A stretch of DNA of 64,000 nt from Minisyncoccota bacterium. Its GTDB lineage: Bacteria; Patescibacteriota; Minisyncoccia; Phycocordibacterales; Phycocordibacteraceae. Shown piece by piece: positions 30,543 to 39,245 of this stretch (position 1 is the stretch's first letter; the number at the start of each line of letters is the position of its first letter). A program made the position numbers and the translations under genes. The notes beneath the pieces were generated by a model, which worked only from the letters and a program-made list of their open reading frames with translations, was not told the origin of the DNA and did no database searches. The stretch covers positions 122,426-186,425 of the forward strand of contig JAGOSG010000001.1 of assembly GCA_018062445.1 (NCBI GenBank), in the 5' to 3' direction.

Positions 30543-30668
30543 CTACTTTCTTTTCTTTTTGCTTGCTTTTGTGGCAAGCATCACTTTCTTTGCCGCAAGG
30601 CGTTTTGCAGTTTTATGAGGACTTTTGTGTTTCTTGAGTGAACTTACGCCGTGGCTGTTATTTCCCAT
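30543..30668 (-). CDS. hypothetical small basic protein (41 aa, MGNNSHGVSSLKKHKSPHKTAKRLAAKKVMLATKASKKKRK), not in ORF track
   Basis: Hand translation; ribosomal-protein-like composition, no family recognised. Confidence 0.3.
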   Translation of the reverse strand: MGNNSHGVSSLKKHKSPHKTAKRLAAKKVMLATKASKKKRK

Positions 30669-30865
30669 ATGTATTTTATTAGTGAGTATACCCCATTGTA
30701 CTACCTGCGGAGCGTTCGAGCGAAATGAATCCCGATCTTGTATCGGGATTCATTTCCGAGGATGCGAACGCAGGCAACCTTAGTTACCTGCGGAGCATCC
30801 GAACAAAACAAGGCGGGGCTCCACTTACTGGATGAGGTTAAAGCCTGTTGGCAAAGCAGTTCCTT

Positions 30866-31372
30866 TTATGAGTGCCTACTATGTAAAATCTTTTCCGAAT
30901 AAGCAAGCATTATCGAAGAGAAAAGGAATACGACATGAATGATAACTTGCCACATCACATTATTGAGATTTTGATTTTCGATGTTTATAAAAATTTGCAA
31001 CAAGTGGATTCCTGATATGCCAACCAGCGCACCTGCTAATTTAACTTTAAGCGTTCCCGCATCTACCTTTGACAACCACTCAGGCTTGTCTTTGTGAGTG
31101 TCAATTTCAAGTCGACTTACAAAGGTTGAGTAACCACCGATGATAACCATAATAAGAAGGTTGGCTACCATAGTGAAGTCAATAAGGGTAAGTATGCCGA
31201 GCATTAATACTGACTCAGATATATGTCCTATCTCAATAAATAAGTGAAGGAGTTCGGTGAAAAATTTGTATGAATACAGGACACCGCCCAAAACCAACCC
31301 AACATAGAGTGGTGCTTGTAGCCAACGGCTTGCGAATATAAGCTTTTCCAAGATTATCTCTGCTTTTTTCAT
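30866..31372 (-). CDS. yqhA: UPF0114 (YqhA) family membrane protein
   Basis: ILEKLIFASRWLQAPLYVGLVLGG matches the YqhA N-terminal consensus. Confidence 0.65.
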   Translation of the reverse strand: MKKAEIILEKLIFASRWLQAPLYVGLVLGGVLYSYKFFTELLHLFIEIGHISESVLMLGILTLIDFTMVANLLIMVIIGGYSTFVSRLEIDTHKDKPEWLSKVDAGTLKVKLAGALVGISGIHLLQIFINIENQNLNNVMWQVIIHVVFLFSSIMLAYSEKILHSRHS

Positions 31373-31483
31373 ATCAATAAGAGTATAGCCTATATTGGAA
31401 AAATATTGTCAGTCACGATTTCGGGCTTTGCTCCGCTTGCAAGCCGTGTTAGTTGCACACGGCTTCCCCGCTGTCGCCTCGAG

Positions 31484-31524
31484 AAAAATGAAAAACCCGC
31501 CAACAAGGCGGGATTCATTTTCTC
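31484..31524. terminator. bidirectional intrinsic terminator AATGAAAAACCCGCC-aacaa-GGCGGGATTCATTTT
   Basis: Stem-loop flanked by an A-run and a T-run. Confidence 0.6.
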
Positions 31525-31526
31525 TC

Positions 31527-31632
31527 TCGGCTCCGCGGGTAGGACTCGCCTCTCGCACTGCTGTGCTCGAAACCTACGGTCGCTCTTCGCTCCCTGCGGC
31601 CCGCGGTTCGAGTCCGTACACACGCGGAATGC
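31527..31632 (-). ncRNA. degenerate tRNA-like element (tRNA-Asn paralog remnant); starts with a 20-nt direct repeat of the tRNA-Asn 3-prime end
   Basis: GGCTCCGCGGGTAGGACTCG (31527-31546) vs TGCTCCGCGGGTAGGACTCG at the tRNA 3-prime end (19/20). Reverse strand shows GTAGG..CCTAC T-stem, CCGCGGA acceptor strand and a 5-prime TCCGCG, but the T-loop region is expanded to about 29 nt and no anticodon arm folds. Confidence 0.3.
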
Positions 31633-31640
31633 ATAAGTCT

Positions 31641-31670
31641 AAAAAAGCCCCCATGCATGGGGGTATTTTT
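31641..31670. terminator. bidirectional terminator AAAAAAGCCCCCATGCATGGGGGTATTTTT
   Basis: GC stem flanked by A- and T-runs, just 3-prime of tRNA-Asn. Confidence 0.6.
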
Positions 31671-31676
31671 ATACTT

Positions 31677-31750
31677 TGCTCCGCGGGTAGGACTCGAACC
31701 TACAACCAACTCCTTAACAGGGAGCTGCTCTACCATTGAGCTACCGCGGA
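31677..31750 (-). tRNA. tRNA-Asn (anticodon GUU)
   Basis: Reverse strand TCCGCGG-TA-GCTC-AATGGT-AGAGC-A-GCTCC-CTGTTAA-GGAGT-TGGTT-GTAGG-TTCGAGT-CCTAC-CCGCGGA-G gives a full cloverleaf; CCA not encoded. Confidence 0.7.
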
Positions 31751-32019
31751 ATAATATTGTGTCGTCTTACGACAACACTTATTCTGCGGAGCTCAAGAAT
31801 TGAGCTACTTCCGGAGGAGCCGAGGGTCATGGAAAGTTTACTTTCATATGACCGAGACGACGACTGGAAGAAAGCCTAGCTTCTAGGCTTACCGCGGAAT
31901 ACATTCCTAAAAAAAGAACATACACCCGCAGTCAAACAGTGACCGCGGAATGTCTCACTATTCTACCCAAAATAGGCATTTACGCCAGAGCCAGCCCGTG
32001 CGCCTGCCTCCCTTCCCTC

Positions 32020-32544
32020 TCAATCTTTTGCCAACTGCCTTTGCAATTCATCTTCTATTGCATCGCTCTCGAGTGTCTTAAGCATTTCCTGTAGCTCTGT
32101 GTCTTTGGAGATATCAATACCACTCTTTTCAAGAAGAAGTGTCTGTAGGTAAATCAGCTTTGTAATTTCACTTTCAGCGTATGTGTTGATATAGAGTTCC
32201 ACCTCTTCTCGAAGTTCGGCAATTTTAGTTTCGCGATTTTGGGATATAAGAACGACAATGGCAAGGAAAATCGCTTCGAGTGACACTACCATAGTAAGAA
32301 GACCGAAAGGAAAAGGATCACGCACGGGAATATGTGGAAATACGCCAGAATTCCATGTAATCCAAAACAAAAAGAAAATTCCATTGAGCCCAAGGAAAAA
32401 AACAGTGCCGAACGATTCGGTTAACCAATCCGCGATCTTATCGGCTAGATTTCTTTTAGCATTTGCCCGTGCCTTAAAACTTTGAATCGCAGTTCGCCTA
32501 CGCGACACTCTTTCATGATGAGATGAATGTTTTAGATTGCTCAC
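32020..32544 (-). CDS. DUF1003 family membrane protein
   Basis: VVSLEAIFLAIVVLISQNRE matches the DUF1003 core (SLEAIFLSTFVLISQNR). Confidence 0.6.
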   Translation of the reverse strand: MSNLKHSSHHERVSRRRTAIQSFKARANAKRNLADKIADWLTESFGTVFFLGLNGIFFLFWITWNSGVFPHIPVRDPFPFGLLTMVVSLEAIFLAIVVLISQNRETKIAELREEVELYINTYAESEITKLIYLQTLLLEKSGIDISKDTELQEMLKTLESDAIEDELQRQLAKD

Positions 32545-32556
32545 GAATGATTTGTA

Positions 32557-32838
32557 TTACCGATGAAGCCAATTCCAGATTTTTGCGAAGATAAATCCAA
32601 CTACCGCACCCATCACAAAAGTCATGAGCACCAAGGAGAGCGAAGCGACGAGATTAAAGGTGTCTACAAGATACACTGCACGGATCATGTGTAGCCAGAA
32701 AATAAAATCAAGTACTGCTTGTGCTACCCCGAGTGCTACCAGTGCTGACCAAAGAACATGAACGCCCCCAAAGAAGACGCCGAGAGCAAGTGCTGTTTTT
32801 TTAGGATTAAGCTGTGTCATAAAGATAGATATATACAA
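32557..32838 (-). CDS. hypothetical small membrane protein (3 TM)
   Basis: ORF only. Confidence 0.4.
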   Translation of the reverse strand: MYISIFMTQLNPKKTALALGVFFGGVHVLWSALVALGVAQAVLDFIFWLHMIRAVYLVDTFNLVASLSLVLMTFVMGAVVGFIFAKIWNWLHR

Positions 32839-32865
32839 TCTTATAAAGCTCTTTTAATTATACTC

Positions 32866-33879
32866 CTATTCTCCCGTGTACTGCCCGAGAGTTGCGAGTG
32901 AGTTCATATGAGCACGCTTAATAAATACCTCCTGTGCAGAAGCCACATTCTCAGCTTTTCCAGCCCAGAGTTTCAACGCACTTGCCTGAAGTGCCCGACC
33001 ATAGGAGAACGAAAGCTTCCAAGGAAAGCTCCCTAGCTTATTCATGGCATCAAGATTTGCTGTTGCCTCTATCTCACTCTGACCTCCGGAGAGAAATACC
33101 ACACCAGGGAGATTTAATGGAAGTATCTGCTTAAATAATTCAGTGGTTGCTTTAGCAACTTCTTCGGGTGTTGCCACAACACCACCCTCCTTTCCAGGGA
33201 CGATCATGTTTGGTTTCAGAATCATTCCTTCAATCGCTACACCTGCATTATTCAATTCCTCAAAAACGGCTTTGAGTGTGCGTTCCGTAACTGCTCGACA
33301 CACCTCTTGTGTGTTTGACCAATCCATCAATACTTCAGGCTCAACGATAGGAACTATTCCTACTTCCTGACACAGGAGTGCGTACGAGGCGAGTTGTTTT
33401 GCATTCTCTCGAATCGCACTATCTGTTGGTATACCCTCTCCGATAGTGATAACACCCCGCCATTTTGCAAAGCGTGCTCCGAGCGCTACATATTCAGGAA
33501 GTCTTGCCTTCAATCCCTCCAAGCCTTTTGTTACTGTTTCAGCGCTATCACCAATCTTCTCTACTCCTTCGTCAACCTTAATACCCGCAATCACACCACT
33601 GTCGTTCAATACTTTCACTAAAGTACGCCCGTCTGAAGCATTTTGCCGAATAGTTTCATCAAATAAAATGACACCAGAAATATACTTGCCTATATCTGGT
33701 GCAGTAAATAACATCTCACGATATGCTCGGCGATTATCTTCGGTTACTGGAATACCGAGTTTCTCAAACTTCTTATTAATATTTCCAAAACTCTCGTCCG
33801 CTGCGAGAATCCCTTTACTGGGAGCAACCATAGCAAGTGCTGTTTCTTTTAATTTTGCTCGTGTTTCGTCTGTAAGCAT
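32866..33879 (-). CDS. fba: fructose-bisphosphate aldolase, class I
   Basis: GILAADESFGNINKKFEKLGIPVTEDNRRAYREMLFTAP aligns with the class I (Schiff-base) aldolase N-terminus. Confidence 0.8.
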   Translation of the reverse strand: MLTDETRAKLKETALAMVAPSKGILAADESFGNINKKFEKLGIPVTEDNRRAYREMLFTAPDIGKYISGVILFDETIRQNASDGRTLVKVLNDSGVIAGIKVDEGVEKIGDSAETVTKGLEGLKARLPEYVALGARFAKWRGVITIGEGIPTDSAIRENAKQLASYALLCQEVGIVPIVEPEVLMDWSNTQEVCRAVTERTLKAVFEELNNAGVAIEGMILKPNMIVPGKEGGVVATPEEVAKATTELFKQILPLNLPGVVFLSGGQSEIEATANLDAMNKLGSFPWKLSFSYGRALQASALKLWAGKAENVASAQEVFIKRAHMNSLATLGQYTGE

Positions 33880-33897
33880 ATGTTAAAAAGTTACTTT

Positions 33898-34860
33898 TTA
33901 TGATGAATAAAAATCTCCTCGTGGGTCACGCCTATGGTGCGTTGTCATGTAACGCACCGTGCCTGACTTTCCACGAATGACTAATGAGTGCGTAACCGCT
34001 TTACTCTTCGTGAAGCGAACGCCATCCAAAAGCGGACCATCAATGACACCTGTTGCAGTAAAGGTGAAATCATCACTCTTCACTAAATCGTTAGTGCTAT
34101 AAATTTTCTTTTCATTCAAACCTGCTTTTTTAACTAAATTTCTCTGATGTTCATCTTTTGATTTAAATCTACATAACAATTCTCCGCCAAGTGCTTTAAC
34201 GGCGGCGGCGGCAAGTACTGACTCAGCAGAAGCGCCAATACCCATAAGAATGTCGATTCCGGAATCAAACATTGATGGCGCAATGGCACCCGCAACATCA
34301 CCATCAGTAATAAGACGAACCCTGGCACCAGATGCACGAATTTCTTTTATAAGTTGCGTATGCCTCTCCCTATCAAGAACAACGACAGTAATATCACCTA
34401 CCTTTTTACCAAGTGCTTTTGCAACTTTTTTAATATTCACCGATACACTGGCGTCAAGACGAATTACTTTTCGAGCTTTTGGTCCTACCGCAATCTTCTC
34501 CATATAGGTGTCAGGCGCTCCAAGCAATGTGCCTTTGGGGCCAGCCACAATAACAGAGAGTGCGTTGTATCTTCCGTATGCCACGCTATCGGTGCATTCA
34601 AGCGGATCAACTGCAATATCCAAGACTGGCTTCCCTCCTTTACCTAGTTTCTCACCTGTATACAGCTCTGGGGCTTCGTCTTTACTTCCCTCTCCAATAA
34701 CAACACGCCCAGTAAAATTAATTTCATTAAATGCAGTGCGCATCGCGTCCACGGCGGCGCCGTCAGCTTTGAGTTTGTCACCTTTACCAATCCAATGTCC
34801 TGAAGCAACAGCAGCAGCTTCAGTTACTCGCACGAATTCAAGAGCTAAGTTTCTGTCCAT
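33898..34860 (-). CDS. glpX: fructose-1,6-bisphosphatase class II (GlpX)
   Basis: MDRNLALEFVRVTEAAAVASGHWIGKGDKLKADGAAVDAMR GlpX N-terminus; 320 aa. Adjacent to fba (gluconeogenic pair). Confidence 0.85.
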   Translation of the reverse strand: MDRNLALEFVRVTEAAAVASGHWIGKGDKLKADGAAVDAMRTAFNEINFTGRVVIGEGSKDEAPELYTGEKLGKGGKPVLDIAVDPLECTDSVAYGRYNALSVIVAGPKGTLLGAPDTYMEKIAVGPKARKVIRLDASVSVNIKKVAKALGKKVGDITVVVLDRERHTQLIKEIRASGARVRLITDGDVAGAIAPSMFDSGIDILMGIGASAESVLAAAAVKALGGELLCRFKSKDEHQRNLVKKAGLNEKKIYSTNDLVKSDDFTFTATGVIDGPLLDGVRFTKSKAVTHSLVIRGKSGTVRYMTTHHRRDPRGDFYSS

Positions 34861-34866
34861 AATAAA

Positions 34867-34903
34867 TCAGCTTTCAGGTTATAGGTTCCAGGTTCCAGCT
34901 TTT
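34867..34903. repeat. dispersed short-repeat family, copy R6 (CAGCTTTCAGGTTATAGGTTCCAGGTTCCAGCTTTT)
   Basis: Seen directly, upstream of glpX. Confidence 0.6.
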
Positions 34904-34951
34904 AAATAAATATGAAAAAGGGACACGGGAATCATACCACTCACCTCACAG

Positions 34952-36202
34952 TTAAGTAACAACGAGGCGCTTCGGCAAAACAAATAAAACTGCCCATGCA
35001 AACAGCGCCAGAACCATACCTACAACAAAGGGCATCTGAAGGCCAAAAAAGCCAGCACCAACGCCTGCAACCACAGGAGCCACTCCTTGTGCCAGAGCTT
35101 GAAGTGAGCCGTTAATTCCCATTGCTGCACCTTGCTTTTCACCTGACACTCCCTTACTTATAAGAGCTGCGAGATTTGCAACAGAAAGCCCATTACCTAC
35201 AGCAAGCAATGGTAATACTACATATAAGAGCGACGCAGAGGGTACAAACCCATACGCAAAAATAGCTGCTCCAACCAAAATAAGCGATACGCGGAGAATT
35301 GCTCGCTCATTATATTGTTTTGTAACAATACGGAGCACGACTACTTGCGTGAATATAATCCATGCTCCAGTAATACCAAAAAATATACCGACTGCGCTCG
35401 CAGTAAATCCAAAACGACTTACTAGCAATATTCCAATGAATGCCGTAAAGAATCCAAAACCAAGCTGAAGCAAAAATGATGAAAGATACACGGGACGCGC
35501 ATCTACATCTCTAAACGCAGTTTGAATGTTCCGAACACCTTTAAGAAAATGGAAATCATGAGAACCATCTCCCTTTCTTGTTTCAGGAAAGAATAGAGAA
35601 ATAAACATCAAATTCACAACACCAAGCGCACCCGCAAGCCAAAAAGGCGCAGAAGCAAACCCTGTGAGATGTAAAATCCAACCTCCAAGAATAGGACCAA
35701 TGATAAACCCGAGACCAAATGCTGCACCAACGAGCCCAAAGTTCTTTGCTCTGTCCTTCGGTTCGGTTACATCAGCAATAGCGGCTTGGGCTATTGAAAA
35801 ATTAGCGGCAGCAAGCCCTGCGACTGCACGAGACAAGAAAAGAAGTGGCAATGAACCAATGACAATGGCGAAGCCAAACATAAGTTGAGCAACGGCGAGT
35901 ACACCAACACCAAATGTGAGTAAGCGCTTCCGCCCATACGCATCAGAAAATTCTCCGAGGATCGGCGCTGCTATGAACTGCATGAGTCCAAAAATGCCAG
36001 TGAGCAAACCTGCAATGAGGTACTGCGCGCTCGTGCCAAATCCATGAAGAAGAAACGAGGGTGACGAAGGATCAGTCAGAATGATAGGAATAATAGGAAA
36101 TATCATCCCGATGCCGATCATGTCGAGAAGTAATGTAACGAAAAGTATAGGTAGAACTCGCCTTGTTTTTACAACTGACATCAAAAGAGTATAGCAAATC
36201 AC
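34952..36202 (-). CDS. MFS transporter
   Basis: 12-TM, 416 aa; GR(K/R)-type loop motif. Confidence 0.75.
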   Translation of the reverse strand: MICYTLLMSVVKTRRVLPILFVTLLLDMIGIGMIFPIIPIILTDPSSPSFLLHGFGTSAQYLIAGLLTGIFGLMQFIAAPILGEFSDAYGRKRLLTFGVGVLAVAQLMFGFAIVIGSLPLLFLSRAVAGLAAANFSIAQAAIADVTEPKDRAKNFGLVGAAFGLGFIIGPILGGWILHLTGFASAPFWLAGALGVVNLMFISLFFPETRKGDGSHDFHFLKGVRNIQTAFRDVDARPVYLSSFLLQLGFGFFTAFIGILLVSRFGFTASAVGIFFGITGAWIIFTQVVVLRIVTKQYNERAILRVSLILVGAAIFAYGFVPSASLLYVVLPLLAVGNGLSVANLAALISKGVSGEKQGAAMGINGSLQALAQGVAPVVAGVGAGFFGLQMPFVVGMVLALFAWAVLFVLPKRLVVT

Positions 36203-36220
36203 CCTTTATACTGGAGAAGT

Positions 36221-36847
36221 ATGTTTGACCTTACAAAGCAGGAACTCGCCACCTTAAAAAAACTCTCAACTCCAATTAAGATTCAGGATTTTTTAGATAC
36301 CCTTCCTATCAACTACGAAAAGAAAGGAGAAACACATATGTCGCCACGAAGGGTACTTCGTGAGAAAAAAGCACACTGCATTGAAGGAGCGCTCTTAGCA
36401 GCTACGGCACTGTGGATCAATGGTGAAGAACCCCTCCTTATGGACCTTACTGCAGCGCCCGAAGATGATGACCATATTGTTGCTCTCTATAAAAAAAATG
36501 GCTACTGGGGTGCAATTTCAAAAACAAATCATGCAACGCTCCGTTTTAGAGACCCTATATACAAAACACTTCGTGAACTCGCACTCTCCTACTTTCACGA
36601 ATGGTTTCTCGATGAGAACGGACTCAAGATGCTCCGAAGTTATTCAAAACCACTTAATTTGAAACGACTCGGCACCGCTTGGGTTACCGCAGAGGAAGAT
36701 TTGTGGTACCTCGATGAACATTTAGATACCTTGCCACATTTTTCACTTCTACCAAGGGAAAATAAAAAACACATCCGCCCTGCAGACAAAATGGAGAGGA
36801 CTGCTGGCAACCTTCGTGAGTGGAATAAGAAAAATAAAAGAACATAG
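36221..36847 (+). CDS. transglutaminase-like cysteine peptidase superfamily protein
   Basis: AHCIEGALLAATALWINGEEP (Cys motif) and DHIVALYKKNGYWGAIS (His motif) resemble the transglutaminase-core Cys-His pair. Confidence 0.45.
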   Translation: MFDLTKQELATLKKLSTPIKIQDFLDTLPINYEKKGETHMSPRRVLREKKAHCIEGALLAATALWINGEEPLLMDLTAAPEDDDHIVALYKKNGYWGAISKTNHATLRFRDPIYKTLRELALSYFHEWFLDENGLKMLRSYSKPLNLKRLGTAWVTAEEDLWYLDEHLDTLPHFSLLPRENKKHIRPADKMERTAGNLREWNKKNKRT

Positions 36848-36892
36848 AAAACACACCGAACAACACCATGGCCTATTCTTCAATTATGATTT

Positions 36893-36927
36893 ATATATCC
36901 CTAATTCGTGCGAATTAGGGATATATA
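36893..36927. repeat. 16-bp-stem inverted repeat TATATATCCCTAATTCG-tg-CGAATTAGGGATATATA (possible weak terminator)
   Basis: Seen directly; no T-run follows, so terminator function is uncertain. Confidence 0.35.
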
Positions 36928-36973
36928 AAAATGCAGAGATGTGGATACATATAGGATTGGTTTTTTGTTGCAT

Positions 36974-37079
36974 GTATACCCCGTGAGATGGTAGATCAGA
37001 GAATACGCACTAGCGAAAATTTTGATGTGATAAAAATTCTATCCTTTTCCACACGAACATAGTATCTCATGGGGTATAC
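36974..37079. repeat. about 105-bp element with 16-bp terminal inverted repeats GTATACCCCGTGAGAT / ATCTCATGGGGTATAC (copy 2), ending 9 nt before the ATG of 37089..37394
   Basis: Seen directly; arms identical to copy 1, interior unrelated. Confidence 0.6.
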
Positions 37080-37088
37080 TACCCGCTC

Positions 37089-37394
37089 ATGAGCGAACTA
37101 CAATTTCCTGACATACAGCCCAATATTCTCGTACTTGATGACTCACAAGATACTGCAGAACAACTGAAGCAATTTGTTTTTCATGTTGAAAATGGTGATT
37201 ACTTTGCAATGCTTGCAACACTCTTAGGATTCGTTGAAGAAACAGCAAGTAAACTTGAGGAAAAAGATGAAGCGATGAAAATTGCCGAGATGCAGATTGC
37301 TCGTCTCCGCAAAAACTTGCAGTACCTTCACGAAAACTACAACATCACACCAAAGAAGAAACCTGTTATAGCTGAACCAACGCTCGACCTCTAA
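37089..37394 (+). CDS. hypothetical acidic coiled-coil protein
   Basis: ORF only; convergent with lexA. Confidence 0.4.
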   Translation: MSELQFPDIQPNILVLDDSQDTAEQLKQFVFHVENGDYFAMLATLLGFVEETASKLEEKDEAMKIAEMQIARLRKNLQYLHENYNITPKKKPVIAEPTLDL

Positions 37395-37402
37395 GAACGT
37401 GT

Positions 37403-37969
37403 CTAATATTTTCTAATCACGCCACGCACAATTGCGGCGATAGTGAGTTCGTCTTCAGGATAAATTGGCTTGTAGGCAGTATTTGCTGGCTCCAAATATG
37501 GCTTACCCTTTTTCATTCGGAAATATTTCATCGTCCATCCACCATCAACTTCAGCAATGACTATCTCCCCTTCTTTTGCGACAGTTGCTCGCTCTGCAAT
37601 AACCATGTCGCCCTCCACAATGCCCGCATCTTTCATAGAGTCGCCTTTCACTCGCAACAGATACGTCTGTTCACGATCGCGAATAAGATAGTCATCTAAT
37701 GAAATACTATCAAGTACCTCCTCTTCAGCAGTTGCAGGCATGCCAGCTTCTACAAGACCTAAGATTTTTATTTCTCCCAAGACTGTTGTGGGAATAAGAC
37801 GCCCTCGGCGGTCTTTCTTTAACTGTCCTCGGCGCACTAAACGCTCAACCAATTTGAATACAGAATCCTTGGAACGCAGACCTGTGATATCCATTATTTC
37901 GGCATACGAAGGCATGCGCCAACGAGACCTATAAAATTGGAGAATCTCTCTCAAATATGAAGTATCCAT
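37403..37969 (-). CDS. lexA: LexA repressor (S24 peptidase)
   Basis: N-terminal winged helix plus VKGDSMKDAGIVEGDMVIAE Ser-Lys dyad region; 188 aa. Confidence 0.85.
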   Translation of the reverse strand: MDTSYLREILQFYRSRWRMPSYAEIMDITGLRSKDSVFKLVERLVRRGQLKKDRRGRLIPTTVLGEIKILGLVEAGMPATAEEEVLDSISLDDYLIRDREQTYLLRVKGDSMKDAGIVEGDMVIAERATVAKEGEIVIAEVDGGWTMKYFRMKKGKPYLEPANTAYKPIYPEDELTIAAIVRGVIRKY

Positions 37970-37983
37970 TTACACAGTATAAG

Positions 37984-37997
37984 CGAACGAACGTTCG
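37984..37997. promoter_or_regulatory. Cheo-type SOS box CGAACGAACGTTCG (CGAAC-N4-GTTCG) 15 nt upstream of the lexA start
   Basis: Matches the CGAACRNRYGTTCG LexA operator consensus; position fits autoregulation. Confidence 0.6.
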
Positions 37998-38034
37998 CCG
38001 TGCAAGGAAGTTATACACTCCTCACCTAACGACT

Positions 38035-39120
38035 TTAATTAAAGACCTTAGAAACAAGCTTCTTGAGCTGGGTGCGCAAATTAACTACAGGAGCATTTGC
38101 ACCTACATAACGCTCAACATTGCCCGCAAACATATCAGCTGAATGTTCCCACGAAAACGTAAGTGCTTTTTCACGACACTTCTCTCGCGAGAGTGTTAAA
38201 CATTTTTTAGCAGCCTCAGTGAGATCATCGCTCAAAAATCCATCGATTCCATTTTCAATAACATCCTTTGGTCCCATAACATTGTGTGCGGCAACTGGAA
38301 GACCACATGCAAGTGCCTCAAGTACCACTAAACCAAATGTTTCAGTACGCGAAGGAAAAACGAAAACATCAGACGCTGAGAGAATGTCGATAAGCTCCTG
38401 CCCTCGCTTGTAACCAAGAAATACATTTTTCTTACCATACCTTCGTTCCAATTTTTTTCGCTCTGGCCCATCCCCTATCACCAGTTTTGTACCAGGAAGT
38501 TCCATGCTCAAAAATTCCTCAACACTTTTCTCTTTTGCAATTCTTCCAAAATATACAAACACCGGGTGAGGAAATTTTACCTCTGCTCTCTTTTCTTCAT
38601 TTGGCTTGAAAACAGTAGTATCAATACCTGGTGGCCATAGAACAACATTCTTAAAATTATGCGCCTCGAGCTCGGCCTTTAAAGTATCATTACTTGCCAT
38701 AACCGCCTCAGCGCTACTATGAAACCAAGACATGTACACTCGAGAAAAAACGGCAAGCAGTGTCCCCCCAAATATGTAATGAGGAAGGTATCGGGGAAAA
38801 TTGGTGTGATATGAGGTAGTGAATGCAATACCTCTCCCCTTTAGCAATGATCGAGCTGAAAGCCCCAGTGTCCACTCAGTTGCAATATGCACATAGTCTG
38901 GCTGAACTGAATCAAATATCTTTTTCATTTTCCTATCAGGAAAAAATGTCATAGAGATTTCTGGGTACAGCGGAAATGGGAACGCAATAAAAAGTCCTGG
39001 ATGCACAACAGTAACTTCGAAATCACGCTCTTTAAGATATGGAATAGTTCGCTCAAAGAGCGTTACCACTCCATTCACCTGCGGCGCCCAAGCGTCAGTG
39101 ACTATAATGAGTTTCTTCAT
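38035..39120 (-). CDS. glycosyltransferase family 4 protein
   Basis: GT-B fold; C-terminal half shows the GT4 E-x7-E-like region (FPSRTETFGLVVLEALACGLPV). Confidence 0.75.
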   Translation of the reverse strand: MKKLIIVTDAWAPQVNGVVTLFERTIPYLKERDFEVTVVHPGLFIAFPFPLYPEISMTFFPDRKMKKIFDSVQPDYVHIATEWTLGLSARSLLKGRGIAFTTSYHTNFPRYLPHYIFGGTLLAVFSRVYMSWFHSSAEAVMASNDTLKAELEAHNFKNVVLWPPGIDTTVFKPNEEKRAEVKFPHPVFVYFGRIAKEKSVEEFLSMELPGTKLVIGDGPERKKLERRYGKKNVFLGYKRGQELIDILSASDVFVFPSRTETFGLVVLEALACGLPVAAHNVMGPKDVIENGIDGFLSDDLTEAAKKCLTLSREKCREKALTFSWEHSADMFAGNVERYVGANAPVVNLRTQLKKLVSKVFN

Positions 39121-39245
39121 GCAGTAGAAATTATTTCAGGAAAAATACCGCCAACGGGTTTACTTATTCAATGATACCTTGAATTCTCTTAGAAAAAAAT
39201 GATTAATCTTTCATTCCCAAACTCACCTATGTTACACTTTGATTA

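Noticed and set aside
31390-31739. Several 70-115-aa ORFs on both strands
   Set aside because: They lie over tRNA-Asn, the tRNA-like element and GC-rich terminator hairpins, so they are not protein coding.
39121-39245. Purine riboswitch upstream of purF
   Set aside because: No recognisable riboswitch consensus or three-way junction in this short AT-rich leader.
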